Assembly (NCBI GenBank): GCA_963734495.1
Contig: CAVTHK010000005.1
Span: 32,001 to 96,000 of the forward strand
From: an uncultured Spirochaetota bacterium
GTDB taxonomy: Bacteria > Spirochaetota > Spirochaetia > SZUA-6 > CAVTHK01
Direction: 5' to 3'
DNA length: 64,000 nucleotides
Below, in pieces: positions 1-10,019 of the stretch. The notes under the pieces were generated by a model that searched no databases, was not told where the DNA came from, and saw only the letters and a program-made list of their open reading frames with translations. A program made the translations under genes and the position numbers. The number at the start of each line of letters is the position of its first letter. Positions within the stretch are counted from its first letter, which is position 1.

Positions 1-2020
1 GGAAGTCCAGCGGCTTGTCCGAGACCCCGTACTGCTTGTACTCCTCGTCCGTCTCGAGGATGAGGAACGAGGCGAAGTCGTTGGCGAGGAAGAAGTGACG
101 CGACAGCGCGAAGACCACGCGCCCCGCCGCTTCGTCGTCCTCGCCCGACAGATCGCCGACGAACGTCTCCGCCCAGGCGCGGGAGGCGAGCGCGTCCGTG
201 AGAGCGCTGCGGCCGAGCGGCACCTTGACCTCCGTGTCGCGGCCGTCGATCCGCATGACGAGGCGCGTCTCGACCGCGGGCCGCGCGGTCCTCACGGCGA
301 CCTCGAGCACCTGCCCGGGATACAGCAGCCCGGGGTCGCCCGCCACGATGACCTCGTCCTGCGATGGCGACCGCACCCATTCGAGGTGGCTCACCGGCGA
401 GCGGTGCGCGCGGGCCGCCTGGTCGAGATCCTGCGCGGGGCCGACGCGCACGATCTGCCCGTTGGCCCGCGTGAGCTCGGCGAACAGCCGCTCGTTATGC
501 GGCGCTGCGCCGAACTGGTAACAGATCCAGCGGCGGGAGGCGAGGTCCGCGCCCCCGGCAGCCGCGAGGATCTCGCGAGGGTCGTCAGGGCCCCACGTGA
601 TTTCACCATCTGATAAAAGGAAGAAGGTCGCCGCCCGCAGGAGGTCCGGCTGCGCTTTCAGCGCGTCCACCACCGAGGCGAAGCTCGTTGCCCCCTCCAG
701 GCGGACGCGCCCGACGTCCGCGAGGGCGCTTTCGCGCACGTCCCGCGTGTTCGGCACGAAGCCCGGCGTGAGCAGCTCCGCGCGGACGTCGAACGCGAGG
801 ATCGCGAACTCGCCGATCGAGTCGTCGGTCTCGAGGATGCGGCGGAGCATCTGGCCCGAGAGCGCGTAGAGCGCGTCCCGGCCGGAGTAGCTCGAGTCCA
901 GCAGAAAGAGCGCGCGGCCCGTCGAGGCGACGAGCGAGCGCGGCGGGAGGTCCGGCGTGACCAGCAGCGTCGCGAGCGTTCCGGGGACCGCGGGGTCCGC
1001 GCCCGCGAGCGCCGAGAGCGCCGGCGTCCGCGGCGTCGCCTCGAAGAGCAGGTCGGCGGGCCGCTTCGCGTCGAGCGGCGGCCGCCACGTGCGGCTCCCG
1101 GCCGCCTGCTCGGCAGCGAGCGCGGCCCCGCCGGCCGAGAGCGCCGCGCGGCTGAAGAAGCCCGCGATCTCGTGGACCGTGATGCGCCGCCGCGCGGCCG
1201 CGGCCGCGGGCTCCGGCAGCGCGAACGCGACCTTGCCGCCCGAAGGCGGCAGTGTCTGGTCGTAGGCGAAGACGACGCGCTTGTAGCCCGAAGGGGCGAT
1301 CGGGTAGATGCGCGCCGAGTACGTCCCCGATCCGGCCCACTCCGCGAGGGCGGGATCGACGCGCCGGCGCGTCACCGCCTCGTACACCTCGCGGCCGCGC
1401 ACCGGCTCCACGACGCGCGCCGGCCGCTCCTTGCCCCAGTCGACGTCTTTCCAGCGCGTCTGCGCGGCGATCGGCCGCGCCAGCAGCGCGTCCGGCACGC
1501 CCGGGTCCGGGGCGAGCAGCGCCTCGGGCGTCGGCCCGCCGTTCCCGTCGAAGGTCGCCAGGAAACACGGGCTCGCCCTGTCGGGCAGCCCGATCATGAG
1601 GGTGCCCGCGAGCGTACGCTGCGAGGGGTTCGAAAACACCATGTCGAAGACCACGCGCGCGCGGTGGCCGGCTACGACCACGCTCACATCGTGGACGACA
1701 AAGGGCAGCGCCTCGAGGTCGGGCCCCTGGATGCGCGCGAGGAGCTCCGGCGGCTTCGGCCTGAGCACGGGCAGCGTGGCGAGCGTCCGCGCAGGCTGAG
1801 CCTCAGCCGCGGCAGGCTTTTCGGCGGGCTGCCCCGCGGGCGCGTCGCGCGCGGCCTCGCGATCGCCGGCCACGTCGGCCATCTTGAGCTCTGCCGCCGG
1901 CGCGGAGGGCGCAGGTTCGCGCATGACCGCGCGCTCCGGCGCGCCAGCGCACCCGAAGAGCGCCAGCAGCGCGGCCGCGGCCGCGTGACGCAGCGCCCGC
2001 CTTCCCCTTCCCTTTTTCAT
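1..2020 (-). CDS. VIT + von Willebrand factor A domain lipoprotein (3' end outside window)
   Basis: Manually translated open frame from ATG 2020 to the window edge; absent from the ORF track because it has no stop. MKKGRG...LLALFGC lipobox, VIT-like segment (RARVVFDMVFSNP...LPD...DPALAEW...RIYPI), MIDAS LLDSSYS, GATSF, LLSDG. Confidence 0.8.
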   Translation of the reverse strand, partial: MKKGRGRRALRHAAAAALLALFGCAGAPERAVMREPAPSAPAAELKMADVAGDREAARDAPAGQPAEKPAAAEAQPARTLATLPVLRPKPPELLARIQGPDLEALPFVVHDVSVVVAGHRARVVFDMVFSNPSQRTLAGTLMIGLPDRASPCFLATFDGNGGPTPEALLAPDPGVPDALLARPIAAQTRWKDVDWGKERPARVVEPVRGREVYEAVTRRRVDPALAEWAGSGTYSARIYPIAPSGYKRVVFAYDQTLPPSGGKVAFALPEPAAAAARRRITVHEIAGFFSRAALSAGGAALAAEQAAGSRTWRPPLDAKRPADLLFEATPRTPALSALAGADPAVPGTLATLLVTPDLPPRSLVASTGRALFLLDSSYSGRDALYALSGQMLRRILETDDSIGEFAILAFDVRAELLTPGFVPNTRDVRESALADVGRVRLEGATSFASVVDALKAQPDLLRAATFFLLSDGEITWGPDDPREILAAAGGADLASRRWICYQFGAAPHNERLFAELTRANGQIVRVGPAQDLDQAARAHRSPVSHLEWVRSPSQDEVIVAGDPGLLYPGQVLEVAVRTARPAVETRLVMRIDGRDTEVKVPLGRSALTDALASRAWAETFVGDLSGEDDEAAGRVVFALSRHFFLANDFASFLILETDEEYKQYGVSDKPLDF

Positions 2021-2028
2021 TCTCTGCT

Positions 2029-3708
2029 TCAGCCGCCGATGCTGAAGCCCAGGTCGGAGTACCCCTGGTTGAGCGCCACCGTGATCGGGAGCTGGTTCGC
2101 GGTCGGCCCCCAGAGCTGCCGCGGGCCGGGCGAGGCGAAGCGGTCCTCCGCCGCCCAGGCGGCCCGCCGCGCCGCGAAGTACTTGAACGCGGGGGAGTCC
2201 ACCGTGACGAGGGCTTTCTTGATGACGTATTCGTCCTTGCCGCCGCGCCGCTCGACGTTCATCAGGGCGAGCAGGGGAAGGGCGATCACGCGGCCGCCCT
2301 TGTCGAAGTCGGTCACAGCCACGATGTACCCGGTGCGGCCGTCGAGGACGAGGGACCCGGCGCCAAGCCCGAGGTTGTAGGTGTAGGCCGCGTCGAACAG
2401 CGACGGGGCGCCGCAGCGGCCCTCGTAGCCGAAAAAGTGGTTCTGCGTGGCGAACTTGACCTTCGGGTCGATCTCCTTGACGCGCGCGGCCACCATGTCG
2501 ATGAGCAGCTTCTCGGTGGGGATCTGCGTGACCTGCACGTTGCCGTGAGAGTCGCGCTCGAGCAGGAGCTGGCGCTCGATCTCGTTGGGCAGCGAGGAGA
2601 AGATCTTCGCGTTCGCCTGCGAGAGCCTGCCGACGATAAAGCCCGGCTTGGCCTCCGGCGAGAGGTTCGCGAACTCCGTCGAGTATTTCGCCATCGCATC
2701 GTTGAGCTCGGCCATGAGACCCTTGAGGTCCGGGATGAACTCGATGAGCCCTTCGGGGATCACGACGCAGCCGTGGTTGATTCCCTTGCGCGCCCGCGTG
2801 ACCACCGCCTGCGCGATCTGCTCGATCACCGCCGCGAGCGTGATGTTCTTCGCCTCGATCTCCTCGGAGATGAGGGCGACCGCGGGCCGCGTCTGCAGCG
2901 CCACCTCGAGCGTGACGTGGCTGGCCGCGCGGCCCATCAGGCGGATAAAGTGCCAGTACTTGCGCGAGGACGGGGTGTCCTGCAGGACGTTGCCCGTCAT
3001 CTCGGCGTAGATCCGCGTCGCGGTGTCGAAGCCAAAGGAGATTGGCAGCCACGACCCCGCCTGCAGGTCGCCGTCGATGGTCTTGGGCACGCCGATGACC
3101 TTGACGCCGTCTTCGACCAGGTACTCGGCCAGGGCCGCGGCGTTGGTGTTCGAGTCGTCGCCCCCGACGACGACGATGCCGTCGAGCTTGTTGTCGCGGC
3201 ACGTCTTGCGCACGGCCGCGAACTGCTCGTCGGTCTTGATCTTGGTGCGGTCGCTTCCGAGAAAATCGAAGCCGCCGGTGTTGAAGATGCGCTCGACGTC
3301 GGCATCGGCGATCTCGAAGACGTCGCCCTTGATCAGGCCCGCCGGCCCCGCCTTGATGCCGAGCAGCGTGTTCTCGCGGCCGAGGACGCGCTTGAGGCCC
3401 GCGACGACGTTGTGCCCGCCCGCGGCGGGACCGCCTGAGAACAGAACCGCCACCCGCTTGCCGCGGGCCGGCTTGCCGCTCGGCCCCTTGGCCGCGAGGA
3501 TGCGGTCCTGCGACCGCGTCCGCGGAAAAGCCGCGCCGATCCTGGCGCTGTCCTCGGTCCGCAGCGCCTCGCCGGTCTCCTCGAAGGCGACGGGCGCCAC
3601 GCCCGGGCCCTTGCGGAAGACCTTGCACGCCGGGGTGGCGAGCTTGCGGACCGCGTCCTCGAACGGCGAGTGGTTCTTTTCCTGAGCGTCGAGCTTTTCC
3701 TGCAACAT
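2029..3708 (-). CDS. pfp: Pyrophosphate-dependent phosphofructokinase (long clade)
   Basis: SGGPAAGGHNV, GGDDSNTNAA, PKTIDGD, MGRAASH and GYEGR motifs; 559 aa. Confidence 0.93.
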   Translation of the reverse strand: MLQEKLDAQEKNHSPFEDAVRKLATPACKVFRKGPGVAPVAFEETGEALRTEDSARIGAAFPRTRSQDRILAAKGPSGKPARGKRVAVLFSGGPAAGGHNVVAGLKRVLGRENTLLGIKAGPAGLIKGDVFEIADADVERIFNTGGFDFLGSDRTKIKTDEQFAAVRKTCRDNKLDGIVVVGGDDSNTNAAALAEYLVEDGVKVIGVPKTIDGDLQAGSWLPISFGFDTATRIYAEMTGNVLQDTPSSRKYWHFIRLMGRAASHVTLEVALQTRPAVALISEEIEAKNITLAAVIEQIAQAVVTRARKGINHGCVVIPEGLIEFIPDLKGLMAELNDAMAKYSTEFANLSPEAKPGFIVGRLSQANAKIFSSLPNEIERQLLLERDSHGNVQVTQIPTEKLLIDMVAARVKEIDPKVKFATQNHFFGYEGRCGAPSLFDAAYTYNLGLGAGSLVLDGRTGYIVAVTDFDKGGRVIALPLLALMNVERRGGKDEYVIKKALVTVDSPAFKYFAARRAAWAAEDRFASPGPRQLWGPTANQLPITVALNQGYSDLGFSIGG

Positions 3709-3804
3709 GTCTCCGCTTCCTTTTGATCCGATTATAGCCGCGGCCGCGCGGCGCGGGGAAGCCCCCTCGCCTCGCGCGCTGCAAGCCCCGGGCGCCGGGC
3801 GCGG

Positions 3805-4824
3805 CTACTTCTCCAGGCGCTTGCGCAGCTTGCGGCCGCTCGGCTGCTGCGGCTGCTCGACGGCCGGCGACTGCCCCCGCGCCCGCCGCGAAAAGAGCAC
3901 CAGGCAGAGCGCGCCGCCGACGATCATGAGGGAGCAGAGGATCTGCCCGGTCGTGAAGTTCCACGGAGTGAGCAGGCGGTAGCCGGGATTGTCCCCCGCG
4001 ACGAGCCGGATCGGGAAATCGATGCCCTGGTCGGGCTGACGCACGTACTCGATGAGGAAACGGATCACCCCGTAGCCGATGAGGTAGACGCCGATCTGGA
4101 ACCCCTTGAAGGGCCGCCAGCGGCGGAACACGAACCACATCAGGAGCCCGAGGAGGATGCCTTCGCCGAAGGCCTCGTAGAGCTGCGACGGGTGGCGCGG
4201 CAGGTTCACCGACCCCTTGCCCGTCACGTCGATGCCCGCCGCGGCGGCGACCTGCCTGACCCACGCCTGGTTGGTCGGGATGCGCTCCGCATCGGGGAAG
4301 ATCACGCCCCAGGGCAGCGAGGTGACGCGGCCGTAGAGCTCGCCGTTGATAAAGTTGCCGAGCCGGCCGAAGAAGTAGCCAAAAGGGATCGCGGTGACGA
4401 TCATGTCGCCCCACTCCAGCGTGTCGATCTTGCGCAGCCTGGTGTAGGCGACAAAGGCGATCACGACGCCGACGAGCCCGCCGTGATACGACATCCCCTG
4501 GATCCCGGTAAAGACGGGGCGGCCGTTGACGGTGGTGAAGGGCCATATGATCTGGAGCGGATGCCGCGCGTAGTAGCCCTCGGCGTCGTAGATGGTGACG
4601 GCGAACAGGCGCCCGCCCACGATCAGGCCGACAATGCTCCAGAAGAACAGGTTGGCCAGCTCATCCTTGTCCACCTCGAGGCGGCGCTCTTTGATCTGCG
4701 CCTTGAACAGCAGGTAGGCGACCGCGAACGCCACGAGGTACATCATCCCGTACCAGCGGAGGGCCGGGAACCCCGGAATGATCTCCGGTCTGATCCACGA
4801 GGGAAACGGTATCGCAAGCAACAT
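3805..4824 (-). CDS. lgt: Prolipoprotein diacylglyceryl transferase
   Basis: RWYG, GMSYHGG, GRLGNFINGELYGR and HPSQLYE motifs; start set at ATG 4824 (MLLAIPFP). Confidence 0.95.
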   Translation of the reverse strand: MLLAIPFPSWIRPEIIPGFPALRWYGMMYLVAFAVAYLLFKAQIKERRLEVDKDELANLFFWSIVGLIVGGRLFAVTIYDAEGYYARHPLQIIWPFTTVNGRPVFTGIQGMSYHGGLVGVVIAFVAYTRLRKIDTLEWGDMIVTAIPFGYFFGRLGNFINGELYGRVTSLPWGVIFPDAERIPTNQAWVRQVAAAAGIDVTGKGSVNLPRHPSQLYEAFGEGILLGLLMWFVFRRWRPFKGFQIGVYLIGYGVIRFLIEYVRQPDQGIDFPIRLVAGDNPGYRLLTPWNFTTGQILCSLMIVGGALCLVLFSRRARGQSPAVEQPQQPSGRKLRKRLEK

Positions 4825-4841
4825 GACGACTCCTCGACGCT

Positions 4842-5318
4842 CTATAGGGAGGGCGGTCTCGAGGCTTCGGCGCCCGCGCCGGAAACCGGGCTGGCGTCCG
4901 TGCCCTGCGCGGCCCGCGGTCCCGGCAGGTCGGGCGCGGGCGCATTCCCGTCTGATGACAGCACGAGCAGCAGGAAGACCAGGTCGATCACCGTCGCCGC
5001 GCCCAGCAGAAGGATCACCGAGAGCTCGGGAAGCATGCCCGCGACGAGCGCGGCCGCGATCGCGCCGAGCCCGGACGCCAGCTCGAGCGCCTTGCCCAGC
5101 CGCAGCAGCGGCCTGAGCCCGGCGCGGGCGTCGGCGAGCATCGCGGCCGCGGCGAAGCCCGCGGCCATCACGAGCCCCGGCGCCGCGAGCGGCACCAGCA
5201 GCAGCACGAGCCCCGCCATCCGGCCCCCGGCGAGGCGCGCCGCCGCAGAGAGCAGCAGCGCGATGCGCGCCACTTCCCACGCGGCGCCGGCGAGGCGTGC
5301 GGTCCGTGCCAGGTTCAT
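4842..5318 (-). CDS. Hypothetical membrane protein
   Basis: Hydrophobic 158-aa ORF directly upstream of lgt, preceded by TTGACC-N17-TAAACT. Confidence 0.6.
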   Translation of the reverse strand: MNLARTARLAGAAWEVARIALLLSAAARLAGGRMAGLVLLLVPLAAPGLVMAAGFAAAAMLADARAGLRPLLRLGKALELASGLGAIAAALVAGMLPELSVILLLGAATVIDLVFLLLVLSSDGNAPAPDLPGPRAAQGTDASPVSGAGAEASRPPSL

Positions 5319-5329
5319 ACCGTAGGCGG

Positions 5330-5360
5330 AGTTTAGCGGTCATGTTATAATAGGTCAAGG
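5330..5360. promoter_or_regulatory. Overlapping divergent sigma70-type promoters
   Basis: Minus strand: TTGACC-N17-TAAACT toward the 5318 gene and lgt. Plus strand: TGTTATAAT extended -10 toward ctpA. Confidence 0.55.
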
Positions 5361-5466
5361 TAAGCGCCTCGCGGGCGCGCTTCTTCCTGCAAAAAGGGCA
5401 GTTGCGAGCACCCGCCAGCACGACGCGAAGACGCGCGACGGGGTTCGGGGCGTAGGCGGAGTGCAC

Positions 5467-6921
5467 ATGCAGGATCCCAGGGGCAAAGAACGGCTCGTCT
5501 GGACGGGCCTCACCGGAGCGCTTCTCGTCGTCGTGCTCCTGTTCTCGTTCACGACCTCGGCCCTCGCTCAGAGCGCGGACAAGCAAAGCCAGCAGATGCT
5601 GGGCCTCTTCTACGAGGTCTTCCAGTTCGTCCAGCGCAACTACGTGGACGAGGCCAAGACGGACCCGAAGCTCCTTGTCGAAGGGGCCCTCAAGGGGATG
5701 TTCGAGTCCCTGGGCGATCCCCACTCGGCCTACCTCGCCGAGCAGGAGATGCGCAACCTCACCGACACGACCCGCGGCGAGTTCGGCGGCGTGGGCCTCT
5801 ACATCCTCAAGACCACCCGCGGCGTCGAGGTCGCGCGGCCCATCGACGGGACTCCCGCCTACCGGGCGGGGCTCCACGCCGGCGACCTGATCGTCGCGGT
5901 CATGGGCGAGCCCGCGCTGGAGCTCTCGGTCGACGACGTCGTCAAGCGCCTGCGCGGCGCGCCGGGGAGCAACGTGACCATGACGATCCGCCGCGGCGAG
6001 AGCGCGACGTTCGACGTGACGATCACGCGGGCGATCATCGAGATCCCGACCGTGCGCTCCGCGATGATGGCGAACGGGATCGGGTACCTGCTCATCACCC
6101 AGTTCACCCCCAACACGGCGCAGCAGGTGCGCGAGGCGCTCGCCGCCTTCGACAAGCAGCACTACACGAGCCTCGTCATCGACCTGCGCAGCAACCCCGG
6201 GGGCCTGCTCACCGGCGTCGTCGACGTGGCCGACTTTTTCTTCGACCGCGGAACGCTCATCGTGAGCACGCGCTCCCGCATCGCGAGCGAAAACCGCGTG
6301 TACGAGGCGCGGGGCCGGTCGATCGTTCCGCGCGACAAGCCGATCGTGGTCCTCATCGACCGCTACTCGGCCTCGGCCGCGGAGATCCTCACGGGCGCCC
6401 TCAAGGACTACGGCCGGGCCACCATCATGGGCGAGAAGAGCTACGGCAAGGGCTCGGTCCAGGAGGTGGTCCCGATCGAGACCGGCGGCTTCCGGCTGAC
6501 CACGGCGCGCTACTACACGCCTTCGGGCACGACGATCGACCAGGTGGGCATCCAGCCCGACCGGGCCGTCACGCAGCCGGACTACACCGACGAGGAGATC
6601 GCCTCGGCCCGCAAGCTGTCCGACACGAACGCCGTGCAGAACTTCGTCAAGGAGAACCCGAAGCCGTCGGAGGCGACGATCTCGGCCTTTATCCAGAAGC
6701 TCAAAGGTGAAGGCATCACCCTGCGCGAAGACCGCATCCGCAAGAGCATCCGCGACGAGGCCAACCGCGTCGCGGGCGCGTCGCCGGTCTACGACCTCGA
6801 TTTCGACAAGGTGCTGCAGGAGGCGGTCAGGTTCCTGCAGGGCGGATCGCCGGCTGCTGCCGTCTCGGCGGCGCCGGCGCCCGCCGCGACGCCGGCCGTT
6901 CCGCCTGCGCCCGCGCGGTGA
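5467..6921 (+). CDS. ctpA: S41 family carboxy-terminal processing protease (PDZ)
   Basis: DPHSAY, GEFGGVG, DLRSNPGG, SASAAEI and GEKSYGKGSVQ motifs. Confidence 0.92.
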   Translation: MQDPRGKERLVWTGLTGALLVVVLLFSFTTSALAQSADKQSQQMLGLFYEVFQFVQRNYVDEAKTDPKLLVEGALKGMFESLGDPHSAYLAEQEMRNLTDTTRGEFGGVGLYILKTTRGVEVARPIDGTPAYRAGLHAGDLIVAVMGEPALELSVDDVVKRLRGAPGSNVTMTIRRGESATFDVTITRAIIEIPTVRSAMMANGIGYLLITQFTPNTAQQVREALAAFDKQHYTSLVIDLRSNPGGLLTGVVDVADFFFDRGTLIVSTRSRIASENRVYEARGRSIVPRDKPIVVLIDRYSASAAEILTGALKDYGRATIMGEKSYGKGSVQEVVPIETGGFRLTTARYYTPSGTTIDQVGIQPDRAVTQPDYTDEEIASARKLSDTNAVQNFVKENPKPSEATISAFIQKLKGEGITLREDRIRKSIRDEANRVAGASPVYDLDFDKVLQEAVRFLQGGSPAAAVSAAPAPAATPAVPPAPAR

Positions 6922-7736
6922 AGCAGGTCGCGCTCCCCGCGGGGTTCGACGGCGCGTCGCCCTTGGAGCTGAGAGGCGACGAGTTCCACCACCTGGCGCG
7001 GGTGCGCAGGATCAGGGCCGGCGACCGCCTCCGGGGCCGCACGCTCGACGGCCGCGCCTTCGACCTCGTGGTCACCGAGGTCGGGCGCGACAGCCTGACC
7101 CTCGCCGCGGTCGCCGCCGTCGACGAGAGCGCCGCGTACCCGTGGGAAATCACGCTGCTGCAGTGCGTCCCTCGGGGGCCGAAGCTGGACCTGATCGTCC
7201 GGCAGGCCGTCGAGGCGGGCGCGAGCAGCATCGTGCTCGTGCAGAGCGAGCGCTCGCGCGCGCGCGAAGGCGACTGGACGCAGCGCCTGCGGAGGCTCAA
7301 GCGCATCGCCCGCGAGGCGATGGACCAGAGCGGTGCCCGGCGGCCGGCGGCCATCGCCCCTCCGGTGCCGCTGGAAAGCCTGGCGGCCGCGCCCGGGGCG
7401 GTCTCTCTCTTTCTCCACGAAAAGCCGGTCGCCTCTCTTGAAGGTGCCGGGCGATTCGTCTATAGTCCACGCTCGATCGACGATGCGTCGCCGCCTGCCG
7501 CCGCGCCCGGCCTGCACGAACACCTGGCCGGCGGGCCGGCGCGAGTCGATCTCCTCGTGGGGCCCGAGGGAGGGCTGGCCGCCCGCGAGGTCACCCGCCT
7601 TCTGGGGGCAGGCTTCAGGCCCGTGCACCTGGGCGACACAGTCCTCCGCGTCGAAACCGCCGCCGTCTTCGCCCTGGGCGCAGTCAAGACGCTCTTGCGG
7701 GAGCGCGAACGATGGACAGTCCGAAGACAGCAGTAA
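6918..7736 (+). CDS. rsmE: 16S rRNA m3U1498 methyltransferase
   Basis: HHLARVRR, EAMDQS, VGPEGG and LGDTVLRVETA motifs. Confidence 0.9.
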   Translation: MKQVALPAGFDGASPLELRGDEFHHLARVRRIRAGDRLRGRTLDGRAFDLVVTEVGRDSLTLAAVAAVDESAAYPWEITLLQCVPRGPKLDLIVRQAVEAGASSIVLVQSERSRAREGDWTQRLRRLKRIAREAMDQSGARRPAAIAPPVPLESLAAAPGAVSLFLHEKPVASLEGAGRFVYSPRSIDDASPPAAAPGLHEHLAGGPARVDLLVGPEGGLAAREVTRLLGAGFRPVHLGDTVLRVETAAVFALGAVKTLLRERERWTVRRQQ

Positions 7737-8464
7737 AGCGCATCAGGTTCCTCGACGTGCCCGTCGACGCGGTCGAGCCCGGCGAGGCGATCCGGGTCCT
7801 CGACCGGCTCGCCTCCGACGGCGAGCGTCACCACGTGGTGCTGCTCACCGTGCGCCGGCTCATGCGCGCCCGCCGCGACATGCTCTACTACCGCTACGTG
7901 AGCCGGGCCGGCCTGGTCCTCCCGGTCTCCCGCGGCATCGTCCGGGGGGCCCGCTTCCAGAGAAAGCCGGAGCTCTCGCACTTCGAGCCGTTCGACTTCG
8001 TCATCCGGCTGCTCACGCTCGCGGAGGAGTCGGGCCGCTCCGTTTACCTGCTCGGCGGCCGCAAGGCCGACCTGCTGCAGGCGGAGAGCAACCTGCGCGC
8101 ATCGTTCCCCGCGCTGCGGATCATCGGGCGGTACGCGGGGCATTTCCGCAAGCAGGAGGGCAAGTCGATCGTCATGGCGATCCGCAAGTCGGCGCCCGGC
8201 TTCCTGCTGGTGGGCAGCGGCGTTCCCGGCCGCGAGAGCTGGATCGCGACGATGCAGAAGGAGTTCGCTCCGGGCGTGGCGGTCTGGATCGACGACTGCT
8301 TCGAGGTCTTCGCGGGACGGAGCAAGCGGCCCAGCCGCGAGGCTTTCGAGCGGGGCACGGAGTCGCTGGCGGCGATCGCCTCGCGCCCATGGCTCTGGTA
8401 CCGGTTCTTCTCCTACGCCTGGTTCAAGCTGCTGGTCCTCTGGTTCCGCATGACGCACAGGTGA
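7712..8464 (+). CDS. WecB/TagA/CpsF family glycosyltransferase (GT26)
   Basis: FLDVPVD start, VYLLGG and LLVGSGVPGRESW motifs. Confidence 0.85.
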   Translation: MDSPKTAVKRIRFLDVPVDAVEPGEAIRVLDRLASDGERHHVVLLTVRRLMRARRDMLYYRYVSRAGLVLPVSRGIVRGARFQRKPELSHFEPFDFVIRLLTLAEESGRSVYLLGGRKADLLQAESNLRASFPALRIIGRYAGHFRKQEGKSIVMAIRKSAPGFLLVGSGVPGRESWIATMQKEFAPGVAVWIDDCFEVFAGRSKRPSREAFERGTESLAAIASRPWLWYRFFSYAWFKLLVLWFRMTHR

Positions 8465-8492
8465 GGGAGCCCCGCGGCGGACCGCGGCCGCG

Positions 8493-8942
8493 CTAGAGGT
8501 CGTAGAGACGCAGGTACTCGTAGACTTCGGCGAGCCGGCGCTGCAGCCGCCGCGTGATGAGCCTCCCCACCGCCCGGCGCACCGCCGGCACGAGCACGAG
8601 GATCCCCACCGCGTCGGTGATCAGGCCGGGCGCCACGAGCAGGAGGCCTGCGACCAGGACGCCCGCGACGTCGTCGAGCTCCGCCGCGGGATAGGCGCCG
8701 GCACGTATCCTCGCGCGCGCCGCCTCGAGCAGGCTCCGCATCCGCCGCGCCGCGGCGAGCGCCCCCAGCAGCCCGATCGCGGCGACGATCGCGAGCGTCA
8801 GGTAGCGCCCGATGAGATCCGCGACAAAGAGGATCAGCACGATCTCTGCGAGCGGCAGCAGCGAGATGAGCAGCAGCGTCAGGAGGAGCCGCACGACGAA
8901 GTCGGCGTCCAGGAAGCGGGCAAAGAGCCTCGCGCCGTCCAC
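8493..8942 (-). CDS. fxsA: FxsA family membrane protein
   Basis: LPLAEIVL and AGLLLVAPGLITDAVG motifs. Confidence 0.85.
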   Translation of the reverse strand: MDGARLFARFLDADFVVRLLLTLLLISLLPLAEIVLILFVADLIGRYLTLAIVAAIGLLGALAAARRMRSLLEAARARIRAGAYPAAELDDVAGVLVAGLLLVAPGLITDAVGILVLVPAVRRAVGRLITRRLQRRLAEVYEYLRLYDL

Positions 8943-8950
8943 GCGCGCCC

Positions 8951-9904
8951 CTAGCTCGGGAACATCTGGCTGATGCTCTCGCGGCGCGCGATCCTGCGGA
9001 TCGCCTCGCCAAAGCAGGGCGCGACGCTCACCAGCTCGATCTTTTCCGAGAACTGCACGGGCTGGTTCTCGACTGTGTCGGTGATCAGGAGCCTGCGGAT
9101 CGGGCTCGCGTCTATCCGCTCGATCGACCCGGGCGCGAACACGCCGTGGGTGACCAGGGCGTAGATTTCGCGCGCGCCCTTCTGCTCCAGCCGCTCCGCC
9201 ACCTTGGTCAGCGTCCCGGCGGTGATCACGAAATCGTCGACGATGAGGGCCGCCTTGCCCGCGACGTCGCCGATGATGTCGGTGATCTCGGCCTGCTCGT
9301 CGTGGTGCCTGCGCTGCTTGTCGCCGATGGCCACCGAAGCCTTGACGTAGTCGGCGATGAGCCGCGCCTCGTCGGCGAAGCCGGTGTCCGGGGCGACGAC
9401 CACGATGTCTCCGCTCACCGCATCGCGCACCCGGTCGCAGAGCGCCGGATGGCCGTAGAGGTTGTCGACGGGGATGCGGAAGAATCCCTGGATCTGCGGC
9501 GCGTGCAGGTCCATCGTGACGACGCGGTTCGCGCCCGCCGCCTCGATGGCGTCGGCGCAGACGCGGGCCCGGATGGAGACTCGGGGCTCGTCCTTCTTGT
9601 CGCCCTTTCCGTAGCTGAAGTACGGGATGACCGCCGTGACCGAGGCCGCGCTCGCGCGCTTGAACGCGTCGAGCCAGAACAGCAGCTCCATGAAGTTGTC
9701 GTTGGTCCGGTGCACGGTCGACTGCACGATGTACACGTCGCGGCCGCGCACGTTGTCCTGGACCCGCACGAACAGGTTCCCGTCCGAGAACACCACGGTT
9801 TCGTTGCGGCCGAGCGGGGTCCCGAGGTAGTCGCAGATGGCACGGGTGAGCCGGCGGCTTCCGCTGCCGGCAAAGACCATCAGGTCGTCCGGAGAGGCGC
9901 CCAT
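8951..9904 (-). CDS. prs: Ribose-phosphate pyrophosphokinase
   Basis: FSDGN, DLHAPQIQGFF, VAPDTG and IVDDFVITAGT motifs. Confidence 0.95.
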   Translation of the reverse strand: MGASPDDLMVFAGSGSRRLTRAICDYLGTPLGRNETVVFSDGNLFVRVQDNVRGRDVYIVQSTVHRTNDNFMELLFWLDAFKRASAASVTAVIPYFSYGKGDKKDEPRVSIRARVCADAIEAAGANRVVTMDLHAPQIQGFFRIPVDNLYGHPALCDRVRDAVSGDIVVVAPDTGFADEARLIADYVKASVAIGDKQRRHHDEQAEITDIIGDVAGKAALIVDDFVITAGTLTKVAERLEQKGAREIYALVTHGVFAPGSIERIDASPIRRLLITDTVENQPVQFSEKIELVSVAPCFGEAIRRIARRESISQMFPS

Positions 9905-10019
9905 CGGCTGCATCATAGCGGAAACGGCGCGGCGAGCCAACGGTCGGGCCGGCGGCGCGCCGCGGCGCGCCGCGCCATCTCCTGGCGGGCGCCGGGCGCC
10001 CCTGCTATACTCCGTGTGC